Shown here in pieces: positions 37,701-52,700 of a stretch of DNA of 64,000 nucleotides (its first letter is position 1; every line of letters starts with the position of its first letter). Made by a program: the position numbers and the translations under genes. Origin of the DNA: Phoronis australis. Its lineage: Eukaryota; Animalia; Phoronida. The stretch covers positions 26,157 through 90,156 of the forward strand of contig NMRA01000883.1 of the NCBI GenBank assembly GCA_002633005.1, written 5' to 3'. The notes under the pieces were generated by a model. That model did not search any database and had not been told where the DNA came from. It saw only the letters and a program-made list of their open reading frames with translations.

Positions 37701-40700
37701 TACACCTTAACATAACTTCAGTGTAGACTATTACACCTTCTGTTTACCGTAGGCTCGTGCTCGTGCTTCGAAGGTTTCGCAGGCCCCGATTGTTCCATCA
37801 ACACCACTGCTTCCCCAATACTGTTCTACACACCCATATGTGACAGGAAGACGCGTCTGTGCCGAACAAATCCTGTCATTGGGGACAATTTCTTGGAAGG
37901 CGACAACTTGACATGCCACTTTAACGAGCAAAAGGTATGACTTGTACTCTATTAACCAAAACATCATTTGGCGTAAAATGATACACAGTGCTGTAAAAAC
38001 GTTTGATGAGCTTCGTTTAGTAGTCCCAGGATAATTACGGCGACAATTGTTTGCTTACGGAATGGAAAGAGTGATTTCTTGCCTTTTATTTAAGATGTCA
38101 CTCTCATCGACCAATTACACCAGCTGCCGCCATTCTGCTAGAAAAGGCTAGAAACCCCCAAAGAATAGTCGGGAAACGTTCTTTCACTGATATCATTTTG
38201 TCTGGCCTTGCGCAATCTTGATGTTTGACGAGATTATGTTGTTTACGGAACGCTCATTTGCTTGTTGCGTACCGTAAACAATGCTGTTCAAATAATGAAG
38301 AGCATTAGTCGAATGCCACTGTTGTCAAAAATGTATAGATACACCAGTTAATTACATAAAGGCACTAGTTCGTTCAATTTTATTTATAAGCGTGGAAACT
38401 ACATTTGTGGGGTGTCTGTTTTCGCCACATACGCTTCCTACTATTATTCCTCCACAAATGCATGTCATGCTACTTGTGGGTGGTAAGGAGTGAATGCATG
38501 GATACATAGGTCTATCTTGCTTTCCAAATAGATCAACTCCACGGGAATGGTGACCGTCACCAACTCTAGTATTTCAAAGACTGCTAAGTTTGAGAGTTAT
38601 GCCGAAGTCACGTGCCCAATCCCTGAAGCCCACGAGCTCGCCGACCAGTCCCGTGAAACTTACGAACCGATCGCGTATAAAGTGCATGTTAGCAACGATG
38701 GAGTACTGAAGAGCAGATATGGGGTACTGCTTGTATTCAACTCCGTTTGTTATACGTGTAACATCAACACGACAACATGTGTGGAAAATGTAAGTTGACA
38801 AACTTGGTTATATCATCTTAATTGAGGGATTACATCAACAGCAATATACGGGCGCCATGCATAAAACTAACAGAATAAGAATGTGATCTAGTGAATTAAA
38901 GCGGATAACAATGAGGTTAGGCTTGGCTGTTGTTCCAAGTTGAACTTGCGCCACGCTTTGCTATAAAATGATCTACATCTCTGATTGGCGTACATCCTAG
39001 GGGGATTGGGTATCGATAGAGTGTCAGATGTACCATAGTAACACGATATTACCTGTGTGCATGTCAACATCCATAATCCAGTGCTCATCAAATCCATTGT
39101 CAATTTTAGATATCATATTATATCTTCAATTTAGTGATTTTCATATTTCCATGGATACATTTTCCAGTTTGAATCAGATTGCCATCAGTACCATTATTAC
39201 ACGCCAACCATTATTACACGCCAACAAGTATACAGTGTGTGATGGCGATATGACGTGCAGGTGTTCTTGTTAGAAAAATGTAAGTTTACATCGTTATCAC
39301 TTCCGAAAACTTATTAATTAACCGTTATTTTGAGTTGCAAATCCATGGACTAACTTACTCATGTATTGGCTGGCTCAACTTCTTACACCTTAATCATACG
39401 TAACCCAGGTAACGGTGAAAACGAGGTAAAAGCGGCAAACCAAGATGGCCGAGTCGCATTACTGAGTTCTTTTGTGTACGAATGATGCGAGATACGGCAT
39501 AGAGTTATCTTTTCTCAAATTTTAAACAGAGCAGGAGCAGAAACGCAACCAGTGGGTAATAAATTTACGTCGGAATTTGTGGTGTTAATACTTTCAGGTA
39601 AGTCGCGAAGAAAAATATCGCGTTTCAATTTCGTAGTAAGGAACACTGATCACTAGCAAGACAACTGTGAACTGTGCAGTCAGGTCACTCGCACACCTTA
39701 CTTTTAAAATATTTAGAATATCCATATTTTCGCACAAAAACATGGAAATTGTGCCAATTTGCTTTTTTGTAGCAGCGTGCATCAAAATTTTTCAAAGTTA
39801 AATCTTCACCGATTGCAAAGTAGCCGGTTGAGCATGCCTTTCAGTTGAGCAAAAGTCGCCATGTTGTTGGTACCGCCAACGGGTTTTGTGAGCACTTCTA
39901 TCACTCAATAAAATGAAATCTGGTGAAAACTGTTGAATCGCGTAGAACAGTAGGTAAAGCATTTAATTTTACCATAATTTTTTGGTTTTAAGCAGTTTTA
40001 AACTCGTTACGTATGCCGTTCTCGTCCAAGATGTCCAATCTGATTCACAAAAATTGCAATAACGTTGCACTGCTTAACCCGATTTTGATAATTTTTCGAT
40101 TTTTATTGAGTGGGATGCTTTGTGTTTCCGATGTTATCGAAGTATTTTTTTAAAACTAAAGAATAACGGTTCGATCGCCCTATCAGTAGTCAAAACTACA
40201 CAGCAGCCTTGTCTCCAAGCCTACAGATGGCGCTGATCGGTTTAGCCATGTGAGGAAAATACCTTCTACTGGACGGGGGTCGCAATGATTGGCCGCTGCC
40301 TTGACGTCAATGGAACAAATTCATTAGTCGTTGTTGCTGCCATTCATGAAGGAGAAGGCATTGCTTTGGCATTGTTGGAAATAAAAGTTGTTGGCGTATA
40401 TATTTTTGATTCATTTTTATTAAGATATAGGAATTAATCTGTTTCCCAATCAAAATATATCATTTCTGCAATAAGACCTAAATTGTTACACTATTCCCTT
40501 GTTTTAAATTTTGGTATTATACTTCAGAAAATATAAAAATTGATACAATTTCATATTACTCGTGATATTACGCCGATTTCCGTAAAAATATGTCAGAATA
40601 CTGACACATTGATTTCCTCTGACCAAGCATCAAATGGCTAACCACTTCAGCGCCATCTTCATGCTTCGGGACGAGACTGCACTATAGAGCTACCTACAAG

Positions 40701-43700
40701 GTTTCGGCCAGAGTAAATTTCATCAAACGTGTTGTCAAAAATATCTGTGTGTGGCTGTGTCGTCCACAGGTATGCTACTGCTTCATGAGGGCAGCTTCAA
40801 CTCATAACAAATCGTCAATCGCTGCTTTGTTCATTCGATTCACCTCTGTTCTACTTACAGTACATTAGTCATTACCCGGTACGGTTGTACAGAGATGTGC
40901 TATGGATTAAAATGCATTGTTACTTTCAACATCCTCTATTTATCCCTCTATGAAGTTGCTGTAAACTTTCTGCGTTGGGAAATTCCCCGTTGGTCCACCT
41001 GCCCACGATAGCATGCGTTAGTCTGGGGGTAGTCGCTCAAAATTCTACTCCAGCCTCCCGTGGTCATATCGTTTGTTTGCCGCTTTTACCTCGTCCTCAC
41101 TCCAAAATGGAGGCTGTGTAATGAATAAAAAATAACCATGTCACCATTTGCTGCTCCTGGTCTGGTTGGTTTCGATTGCAACTTCCATTATGCCAATCAG
41201 ATGCCTTAGACAATTGACCCGGTGTAACCAAGCAAAGTCAATGCAATTTAGCCACTAGTTCCTTGCTTGTGTGGGAAAACATGTTTCGTGCACAGTGCCT
41301 TCCATTTACAGATGAGCTCGTGCATCATTGATGGAGCTTGCTACGCATCTAACCAGACCGATCCTCTGAACGACTGCAACATCTGTGACCCAAGCCAGAA
41401 CCGATCATCCTGGTCGCATTCTCCTACTGCCTGTATTATCGAAGGCCAGTGTTATCCGTCCAATCAGCGACACCCATCAGACTTGTGCAAAGTCTGTGAT
41501 CCAACCGTAGCAGCAACCAAATGGTCCGTGGTAGAGCAGTCACCTGAAGTCTGCTTCATCGATGGTGCTTGTTATGTACACAACCAGACTCATCCGAACG
41601 AGGCTTGCAAGATTTGTAATTCGTCCGAGACCCAGAAAAATTGGACCATTTATTGCGGTAGTGTATGGTTACTATTCAGAATTTATGCTAAACAAAATGA
41701 AAATTCCCTCGGATGTTGTTCTGTCGTGAAGGTCTATTGCTTGGTTGGGAATCTGCAGGCAACACCCAACTCTGCAAAGAATAGATGATTGTCATTTTTG
41801 TGCACCCTGTGGCGACCATTTTTCGGATTTTCGCTTTTCAGCGAAATAAACGCGTTTTCCCTTAAAAGAAATGAAATTTGGTGTTCAAACAGATGCAGGA
41901 AGCACTACTATAGCAGGTTTGTCTTTGCGACTGATATTGTTTCCAGCTATTCGAGAGGCTGACTGATCTTTTTTGTTGAATGATTATTTTTTCTAAAATT
42001 CCTTTTCCCTCACACAGTGTTTCCATACTTGTTTTCATCGTCCCTTTCATCATCGTCGCTGCCGTCGTAATAACAGTCAGTAAGGTCTTTTAGTTTAGAA
42101 TTTCATGAAAAATGTTATTGCTTATGCACGAGTCCTAAATATCTAAGCCATTTTTGTCGGCGTTGTTGGTGGCAGCATACAGTTGTTGGCATCGACGTCG
42201 TTAGGAGTGATGGCATCGCTGATACTGGCGGCATGTGCTTTGTCGTCGATGTTAAAAACACAGGTGCATTGGCCATCATAGTCGGTTTCAATAAACTGCG
42301 ACGATTTAAGGTATACTATTAATCTTAAAACGGGTTATTCCTTAGAATATGGATCTTGATATTGGTATCAAATTCATTGTGACACTCATTTTCAATGAGA
42401 GCTCAAACGGAGGTCCTCGACAAGGGTACAAGTCATAACATATTGTTCTGTTTCTGAATAGCTTTTATACAGTGGAAATACTGAGCAAAAGACAGTAGGC
42501 TTGAATTCTATGTCGGGACTGTCAACAATTCAGCCATACTACGTAGTAAGAACAAATGCATATACAAATTTGTTTCGCAAGAGAGTTCTGATAACGGCGG
42601 CGGTGGTGATGGTCAAAATGGATTTCTACTCGGTAAGTAATCGTCGGCATCACATCATTTAGTGGCTTTCAAATAAACGCCGTTTTTGCATTTTCTTAAT
42701 CAATCTCATGTAGCATATTTTCAAGTACCAAATATTTGTAATGCCAATTTTCAGACATCGACGAGTGCTCAACTGGAATTTCAAGCTGTGGTCCAAATGC
42801 AACTTGCACCAACACGTATGGTTCCTACAGCTGCAGTTGTCTTGAAGGTTTTGAAGGCAGTGGCAGCAATTGTTTTGGTAAATTTTGCGGTACACGTACA
42901 GGTGCTACTAAATAAAATTTTAATATCCGTCTTTTTGAAAAATTGTTGAAAGTATTTATTTCATTTTCATAGTGTGACCAATCGTTGAATACGGTTGAAA
43001 TTTAGGCTCCACGAAGAATAGATAAAATAGTAATCAATATTCCAAGAATGTCTTGTATTTCCGACAACAATGGTGTAGTGATCTTTTTTACCTCAAATGT
43101 TACGATACAAACACAATTAACTTGAAATAACAGTTCCCATCGATGCAATGCCAATCCACGATGACATTTCAGATGTGAATGAATGTCATACCGGAAGTGC
43201 AACATGTAATCCAAATAGTACGTGTACCAACATCGTTGGTTCTTACAACTGCAGTTGTTGGGAAGGCTTTGAGGGCAATGGGACGGTCTGCTCTGGTAAT
43301 GTGTTTTGGTTAAATAATAATAATTTTGACATGAAGTTACATGTAGTTTAGCGCGATCCTAACCTGATTTGCATTGTTATATATTGGATACCAGAAAGTA
43401 CATTATTTGCTGAAAACATCTGTTTTGTATGGTTACGTGCCATGAATAAATTTCTAAAGGGAAATCCATGAAGTGTGTGTCTACACGTAGCAATGACCAT
43501 CATCGACACCTTTACAGATATTGATGAATGCCATTCCGGATCTACAACTTGTGACGCGTATGCTACATGTACCAACGTCATGGGTTCATACACCTGCAGC
43601 TGTCGTGAAGGCTTTGAGGGCAATGGAACGGTCTGCTCAGGTGATGTGTTTTGGTTAAATAACAGTGATTTTAAAATTAAGTTAGTTTAGCGCAATCCCA

Positions 43701-46700
43701 ACGTTATTTGGATTCGTATACCTATGTCTATATCTATATCTATATATCTAAGGATATTATTTGTCGAAAAAGTAGTAGTCCATAGTGAAGTGTCGTTAAT
43801 AACTTTCTAAAAAAAATCCGTGAATTAATTTTAGGAAAATTATTTCATCAAAGCTTTTATAGTGTACGTCCTTCACGGATGACGTTATGAGCATTTTGCA
43901 ATCTCCCTTGGTGCTATATGCACCTGTGTAGTTTAAAATTTTGGAATTGTGTGCCTGCACGTAACAATGTCCATCGTCGACACCTTTACAGATATTAATG
44001 AGTGCCATGCGGGAACTGCAACTTGTGACGCACATGCTACATGTACCAACATCGTTGGTTCTTACAACTGCAGCTGTCGGGAAGGCTTTGAGGGCAATGG
44101 GATGGTCTGCTCTGGTAATATGTTTTGTTTAATAAAGGCTCGTTTTGCATTTTTAAGCTGGCTGGAAACAGAAATCAAATTGCACCTTGAACGCTCATAA
44201 AATCGATCTGATGGTATTTGTCACCGTGAATGGATTCTTTCGTCGTTTTAACTAGGCCTCCAAGTTTCAATTTTTGTGGTGTTGGTCAACCCTAAAATTC
44301 TGAATCTGATAATTACGTATGTCCGAATTGGTTGTTTCTTTAGTGTACATGTACACTTAGTTGTGATCCTTGTCCACTAGTTTGACTTCGACAGGCTCAG
44401 TCATACAGTAGATTTCAAGCGTCATTGTGTGAACACGCCACAAATATCTTTGGGAGTAGCCTTATTTGTACTTGCCCGAGTCTCATAAATCTACGTCAAA
44501 TTGAAGAGGCTTAGTCATGCGAATCAGAAAACAATGAATCATTTAAATGTTGAGTAATCAAAAAGTGAACGTCTTGCTGCATTTTGAGCTATACTATTTT
44601 CTTTAAACCAGCACCTTACAGTGATAAATCGTTCGGTAGTAATGCAAGGGCGTAGGTATGCAGCTCCAGGTATTTCGGGGTTTAAGGTTATGCGCAGGGC
44701 CGAATTGACACAACGGCCTAGGGTGACAAAACTTCTGAGTTGCATCAGTTTGGGTCAGCATTGACGTTACAGAATAATAACAGTATTTTTGCGTAGGTCG
44801 ATGTGGGCCGGTAATGCTGAGCCAATGTGACACATACATCTACGAAAAGCGTGTGCCACATTGGGCCTAAGTACACTATCAAGGTTATGAGACGTGATTT
44901 CGATTGGTACATGTAAGTGGACTACACTAACACAACACGGAATGGTTTTAAGCAACATCAATGCGAAAATGTAATGTTTTTATGCCAAAAGTTATACAAG
45001 TAAACATAGTTATGTATCGCCTTTATAGAGTATCACGCAGTACTGTCCTAAAGTGGCACAGTTTATAAGTTGAGTCAATTTGGGCTGGCGAAGAGTTCCC
45101 CCCTCCACTGCTTAGTGATGTGAAGTCTGGTGTCACAGTTTCAGCGCCAAAACTGTATCTAGAAATTCCTCGTTTTTCAACAGTCAGTACTTTGAAGACT
45201 GAACTTCTAGGATTAAACGTTGACAACCCTACTGAAACATGCGTAGCAGTGTAATCCACATCGGTATTGTCGCGGGATATAACCACGCTTCATAAGTAAT
45301 GGTTTCCTAACAATGATCTCCAAAATTGATTTTTGGGCTTAATCGGGCGAATCTATCGATGGCTTTGGCATTGTGACACTGCCGGAAATTGTTCACAACC
45401 AACTGTTTTCAATCTCGCTCTACAAAACATTAAGTCTTGTTTTTGTGGAAAATGTGACTTTTTATTCGGCGGTTGGAGATCCAATCCACATCCCTGGCTC
45501 AATAGTTGACTCTTTAATTTAGGTTTTCTCGCTTCGATATATTTTGCTATCACTACTTTTGATGGTTTTGATTTTCTCATTGGATGCTGTGGTGCCCGAT
45601 TTTTTGCTCCTTTGTCCAAGTCTGGGGGAGGGAAAAATTCCCAAGCACCCTCTCATAATACGCCTATGAACGTGAAGAAGAACAATTAAAGCAGTTTCCA
45701 AACTGAAGTTTGAAAATCCTTTACTTATTAGTACTGCATACTTTACTAAGGCAGCTCCATGTGACCTGATTGCTACTTGCATCTCCGTCCTTGGTTACTG
45801 CAACTGTAGTTGTCAAAAGGGCTTTCTGGACAATGGAAGAGGATCATGTACACTTTTGTGCTTTATAGACGATTTATTTGCACTATAGGACTCAGTGCCA
45901 AATATAAAATCAACAAGATGAACACACCCAAATCAACCATCGATTACTTTTCAGATATCGACGAATGCACTGATGGAAGTTTTGCATGCCATCCAAATGC
46001 AAATTGCACTAACGTCATTGGTTCCTACAACTGCACTTGTCGGAAAGGCTTCGAGGGCAATGGAACGTTTTGTACTGGTAATGCAGTACTATATATGTAC
46101 CCGAACGTCAAAGACTATTTTGTGGCAAACTTGTATAGGTTTCAAATTTAATTTGATCAAATTGACCTAATTAGTGACAATTGGTGTTCATATGCCATAT
46201 TCTATATGCAAACAATTAATGATTCACTGGTTTGGATTTATTTCAGACATTGATGAATGCACTACCGGAATTACATGTGACCCAGATGCTAGGTGTACCA
46301 ACGTCATTGGTTCCTACAAATGTACTTGTCGCAAGGGCTTTGAGGGCAATGGCACGTTCTGCTCTGGTAATACAATATTGCACTAAAGCACTATTTTGTC
46401 TCCATTTCTTAGACTTTTCAAACTTGATTTGAGCAATTTTATGCACTAACTACAGACATTTTTTTCTCCTCATGCCATATCCTACGTGCAAAAAAATTGT
46501 GGTTCACTCACCTACGAAACACTTCTTCTAATTCAGACATTGATGAGTGTGAGAGTATTGCCAGTATTGCGACCTGTGACCTAAAAGCAACGTGTACCAA
46601 CGTCATTGGTTTTTACAACTGTAGCTGTCAAGAGGGCTTTTCGGGCAACGGAACTGTCTGTGATGGTAAAAAATATTAAACTTATCCTAAACTTTGTTTT

Positions 46701-49700
46701 TTACCTTTGATTGAACTTTTTAACTTGGTTTGAGCCCATTAATGCACTGAATATAGATGTTTGGCCTTCTATGCCATTTTGAGCATTGATCTGTCATATT
46801 TTTGTATTTCAGACATTGATGAATGTATTACTGGAATAGCGACCTGCCACTCAAACGCTACGTGTACCAACGTCTTCGGTTCTCACACCTGTAGCTGTCA
46901 CGAGGGTTTTGAGGGCAACGGAACGTTCTGTTCCGGTATGACAGTTTGGTTTGTCACATGATGGGAATTGCTCAACGTTTTCGCCAAATACGCATCCACT
47001 AATCTATAACAAAGGCAGCCTGTATCCACACGAGGCACTGTAAAACTTGCGATATGTCCTTTTTGTTCACCTACAATTCAGTTTGTAAGGTCACACATTC
47101 ATATTTATGTACATATAAACTTTTTTTCCTTTTCTTTCATTAAATCAGTCTGAGCACGGTGTTGTGTTCTCATATGGACCACAGAAATTTTTTTCAGCTG
47201 AGTATATTTCTAACTGAACTCGAAACGCTAAAGGTGTTATACTTAATGTTTTCGCAAACCTTATTCAGAAAAAAATGTAATTTGACAATATTTCTCATGT
47301 GTCTTGCAAAATTCATTATCTTAGTTCTCGAGGAACTCCGAATACAAAATATATACCGTCTAGCGAGAAAAGAGATTCATCAGAACCCCATTGGAATCAC
47401 TCAACCGCGTGGATATCTGTTTATTGCTTATCCGAGGTAAACGATTTCAGGGCTGTCAATCTACCGCCAGTTTCAGAGCAGCTTTCGTATACACGTACAG
47501 TATACACTCAATCCATTCATTCACAGAGTCGCCATAATATTGAGTCAAATACGTGTACTTATATGATAAATCTGTGCCGGGGTTAGCGTAATGTTGATCC
47601 TGAAGAAGTTATGCGTCTACATGCATACGACAGTTGAGAACGAAAGCTATGAGTCGGCTCATGCCTCTGTGGTCATGAACACTGCAAGTTGTGAAAACAC
47701 CCTAATTCCGGAATTCAATTAATAAGTTTTCAGCACGATGTTTCGATCTCATGCTAACGACGTACTTTAACCACCGACTCGATTTCTGTTACTCATGTTT
47801 TACTTGGTTTCGTATTAGTCTTCCGGCTTCTGATGAGTATAACGATGAACTGTGAACTACATGTACCTGTACATTTAAATAGGTCAAACAACAGTAACAG
47901 TTGATCCCATCTCTTGGCTGGGGACGGTACGTTTTAACGAAAATTAAGTTAATTAACAAGCCTTTGTTGAGATAGCTACCGTGGTTACAGCACGTATAGG
48001 TTATATTGACCGAAAACATGTTTTCACCGAAAAATTAACCGAAGAGTTTATTTGGCTTTTCCTCGGCTTCGGCAAATCGACGTAACATGAAATTAGGAAG
48101 ACTAGTTATCGAAAACGGGTATGGTTGGTTTGGCTGAAACTTTCCAAAACTAATATATATTCATCAATCTAATCAATGCTGTTATGAATTTCGATATAGA
48201 AACTCAGTTTTTACTTATTGTTACAAAGACGAATACGACTTCTATTTTGTACCTTACGTTAGCAAGTTCTTTTGTCATGGTAACCAAACGAAAAGACTCA
48301 TCGGAAAATGCGTTGACGTGTACAGTATTATTTACAATGCAATCTCGCCATGTCGTTTATTTTAGTGTTTCTAGTACCCAGTGAACATAATAACGGGACT
48401 ACAACGTGTGATTCGAATGCCACGTTCATCACCGTCGCTGGGACTCACACCTGCATTTGCAGCGAAGGATTTGAAGGCAGTGGAACATTCTGCTTGGATA
48501 ATACAATCCTTTGTTATAATAACTATGTGCACCATTACACATTGTTATAATAACTATGTGCACCATTACCCATTGTTATAATAACTATGTGCACCATTAC
48601 ACATTGTTATGATAACTATGTGCACCATTACACATTGTTATAATAACTATGTGCACCATTACCCATTGTTATAATAACTATGTGCACCATTACCCATTGT
48701 TATAATAACTATGTGCACCATTACCCATTGTTATAATAACTATGTGCACCATTACACATTGTTATAATAACTATGTGCACCATTACACATTAGTAACATG
48801 AAGTTCATATTAAATAGTCGTCTTCGTCGGTATAACAGGCAGGACAACCACAAACGTTATACATGAAAATTGACGTTAGCAATTTTTTGGGGGTTGCTCG
48901 AGTCGCACGTAATATTAAGACATATTATTTTTCATTGCCATTATAAGGAGTCGGCTTGTTGTTCCATTGAAATTCCTCTTGTTTTCCTTTTTCAATGAAA
49001 CTTGTTTTAGCTGAAACCTTACGGGGGACCGTGTCACCTAACGACGCGAATGCGTTTCAGATATCAATGAATGTATTACTGGGAATGCAAGGTGTGGCGC
49101 AAATGCTGCGTTTATCAACGAGATTGGCTCGTATAAATGCGACTGCTGTGAGGGATTCGAAGGCAACGGAACGTTATGCTCGGGTACATTACTTTGGTTA
49201 CATGACAACATACTTGTAGGCTAATGGAGACATATTGTCTGAATTATAGTATTTGCTTTAATCACTCTCCCATTCATGTCTCTGTCCAGTCTGACGATTC
49301 CGTAGCGTTTGAAGAATAGTTGCTGTTTTTGTAATCCTCCAATTATCCAATTATTAGTCAAATGCTACTTTTACTCGACTTTTCGCACCAACCGCGTGGA
49401 CAGGTAACAAAGTACGACGGCATATCACAATGGCTGTTGGTTGTGTCGCTGCAGAAGACAAGATTTTTGAGAGCAGTAGTGTGATGGTTGTCAAAAACTT
49501 AATGTAACCATTATGGTATGGAGCAAGAGCTACTCACGGGAAAATTAGAATGCTCGAAATTGCGATTTAAATATGCTTTGGAAGAACTTTGGCGAGGCAG
49601 GCCTGTCAAACAATCCTCTTACCTCTCCGGGGCAGCTGGCGCCGGCTATCAACGAGATTAGAAACACTAAAGAAAAACTCCGATTAAAGAGAACATTTTC

Positions 49701-52700
49701 TTTCTGAAGATAAGAATTTAGCTTGTTGACAACTTGAGCGTAGGCCATATGTGTAGGTGTCCAGAAAGGGATGGCCCGGCGGGGCGTGCAAGTTTTCTTC
49801 AACCATTCCATATATTGCGCATGGGCAATATTGTCACTTAATGGTAGTTGTGGTCATCACTTTTAATGACTTCGTAAGTGTCAAACATTAATCAGGCGCC
49901 TTGGTGAACATAAGAAAAGACCCACAGATCCTGATATTCTGTCAAGTGGTTCCAGTCATATGCTTGGTTGTAAAATATGCAATTAGGCCAAAATTTGACC
50001 TAATTACTCATGCAAACCAGGGTTAATGAGGTCAAATTTTAGCCTTCTATGAGGATCGAAAAAGCACCTCACAATTTTCATTTGGACCGAATATGGAGAT
50101 TTCAGCTAAAAGTTGCTGATTCACCCGCTTAGCGCGGGCACATGGAGCCCTGGACACAAAGAACCCGGAACACAAGGAATCGCAACACATAAAATTCAGC
50201 ACGCATTGCTACGCTCCCGTGTATTGTAAACGTTCATTTTTGTACCCAGATTTTTTCACTTAAAACAGTATGAAATCACAAAGGTGAAAACATTTAACTC
50301 AATCATCGATTACTTTTCAGATGTTGACGAATGTAACGGAGGAATTGCGGTATGCGATCCAAATGCAAGATGTACCAACGTCATTGGTTCTTACAACTGC
50401 AGTTGTGGGAAGGGCTTTGAGGGCAACGGAACGTTCTGTGCTGGTAACACAGTTAATGCCTAAATATTTTTATGTGGCCATAGTGTAAACGTTCTAAATT
50501 TGATATTGTCAATTTGATGGATAACTGCATGCATGGAAAATTTGCATTCTTCTATTACTTTCTGCGGGGAATGACAACTCGTGTTTCTCAAATCCGTCGA
50601 ATATGTTTTTTGTATTTGAGATCTAGACGGATTGCAATAGTTAGATTTGACCCAAGTGCAAAGTGTATCAACTTTCTTGGTTACTACAACTACATGTAGT
50701 TGTCATAAGGGTATTGTTTGCAATAGGATGTTATGTGCGTGTTAAGCAACGTTAGCTGAATATTAATTTCTGCTCCTTGTCCTTTTGAAGGTCGTTCATT
50801 GAGGAATTTAACGCAGTTACTCTAGGAAATTGGCGTCATTATTATGAGATATTCTTCTGTGGAAGACATTTCATGTTTCACGGATGAATATTTTTGTACT
50901 TCAGACATTGATGAATGTATAGCTGGAATTGCGACTTGTGACCCAAGTGCAACGTGTACCAATGCATTTGGTTTCTACAACTGTAGCTGCCGGAAGGGCT
51001 TTGAGGGAAACGGATCATTCTGTACTGGTAATAGAATATGATAAATTTAGATGAAACACTGTTTTGTGTCCATTTTGTAAACGCTTCAAACTTAATTTCA
51101 AACGTTTGATGGTTTGCCTCTTAAAAAGTGGTGTAGTTATGCCATACCTTACCAGGTGAAACAATTTATGTTCAACTACATGTAATTTGTCCAAAATGTC
51201 TTGTACTTTAAACGTGGTGTAATATTGCAACATGTTGCGCAAATGCAACGTGCAGTGTAATTATGTAAACCTTTATTTTTGTACGTAGTTGGTTTGATTT
51301 AGAACAGTGTAAAATCAAAAATTTGAGCTGGCAATACAGCGTCATAATTAATGCCTATTAATTTTATGTATTTATTCTGTAAACATTTCAAACCTGCTTG
51401 GTCAATGTGATGCATTTACATGTACAATGGAAATTGGAATTCGTGTGTCACTCTCAGCGGGGACTGACAACTCGCGATACTCGAATTCGTCAAATATATT
51501 TTTTGTATTAAAGGTAACGAATAAAAAGTTGACATTCTGAAACATTGCCATGTCCATTCTTTTGGAATCCAGTAGTTTAATCCGTTGGTTACTTAGGTCA
51601 TAGGTGTACGGCCAACACAATGTATAAATGGTGACAGAGTGAAAATACAGGCCGGCGGTGTGCGAGGTTTCAATAACCATGGCATAGGTATCGCGTTGGG
51701 AATATTCTGCTATGATATTTGCGATCTGGATGTAAAGCATTTCATTTGTTGGCCTTAGAAAGAAATATGTGAGCCACACATCAAAGTTTGCACAACAAAA
51801 CCCTGTACAAGGCTTATTAGTCCTGTTGTGGATCAGTCAACCCACAGCCTCCCAATCGTCATATAATGCAACGTTATTCTCCTCTGGAAATAATATTTTT
51901 CCAATTAAGTAACAATAAAATTTCTATGCAAATTAAATAGAATTAAAAAAGACACAGCGACCACTTCCCGTTCTGGTTATGTAACAATATAATGAAACGT
52001 AAACAGTTTCGTGTCATTTGTAAAAAGTTTCAAGCAATTTGTTGCGCTGCTGTTAGTGATTTGATCTCTTGATGCCATATTCTACATACAAGACAACTCA
52101 TCTTTCACCAATCTGCCAATGTTCATGCATTTCAGACATTGATGCATGTATAACTGGATTTGCCATGTTTGACCCAAAGGCCATGTTTACCAACGTCTAG
52201 TTCCTACAAGTGTAATTGACTTTTCTGCAAATATGCATTGTTACTGCTCGATACTGTCCTTAACAATTTCCTTGATTCTGTACGACACAAAATGTGATTC
52301 TAATATCAACTGACAAGGACAAAACTAACTTAAGATTAACCGTGATGCAGGTGCTTAGATTAAGTTTATTTTGCAAGTACGTGCGTGTTTTCGCACACCT
52401 GTAAGCTAGGGTTATTAATTAAGGTAGTCAACAACTTGTTTGGTGTCTTCAACGAGCCTCAGTACATTGCATCAGTTGAGTTCCATGCGATCAATTGTAC
52501 TCAAACACCAGGGCCCGGTCTCCAATCTTTTTTTTACCCGAAATGGAACTCGAAATTAGGTTTGGAATTTTCTGCTCTACTTTTGGGCGAACTCAAGATA
52601 AGTGTCGATTATTCTATGCTCGAGTACACAATAAATTACATAGATAATACATTGCCCTTAGCTCACAGTTTGTAAACCCAATATTAAACCAATACGTTCG

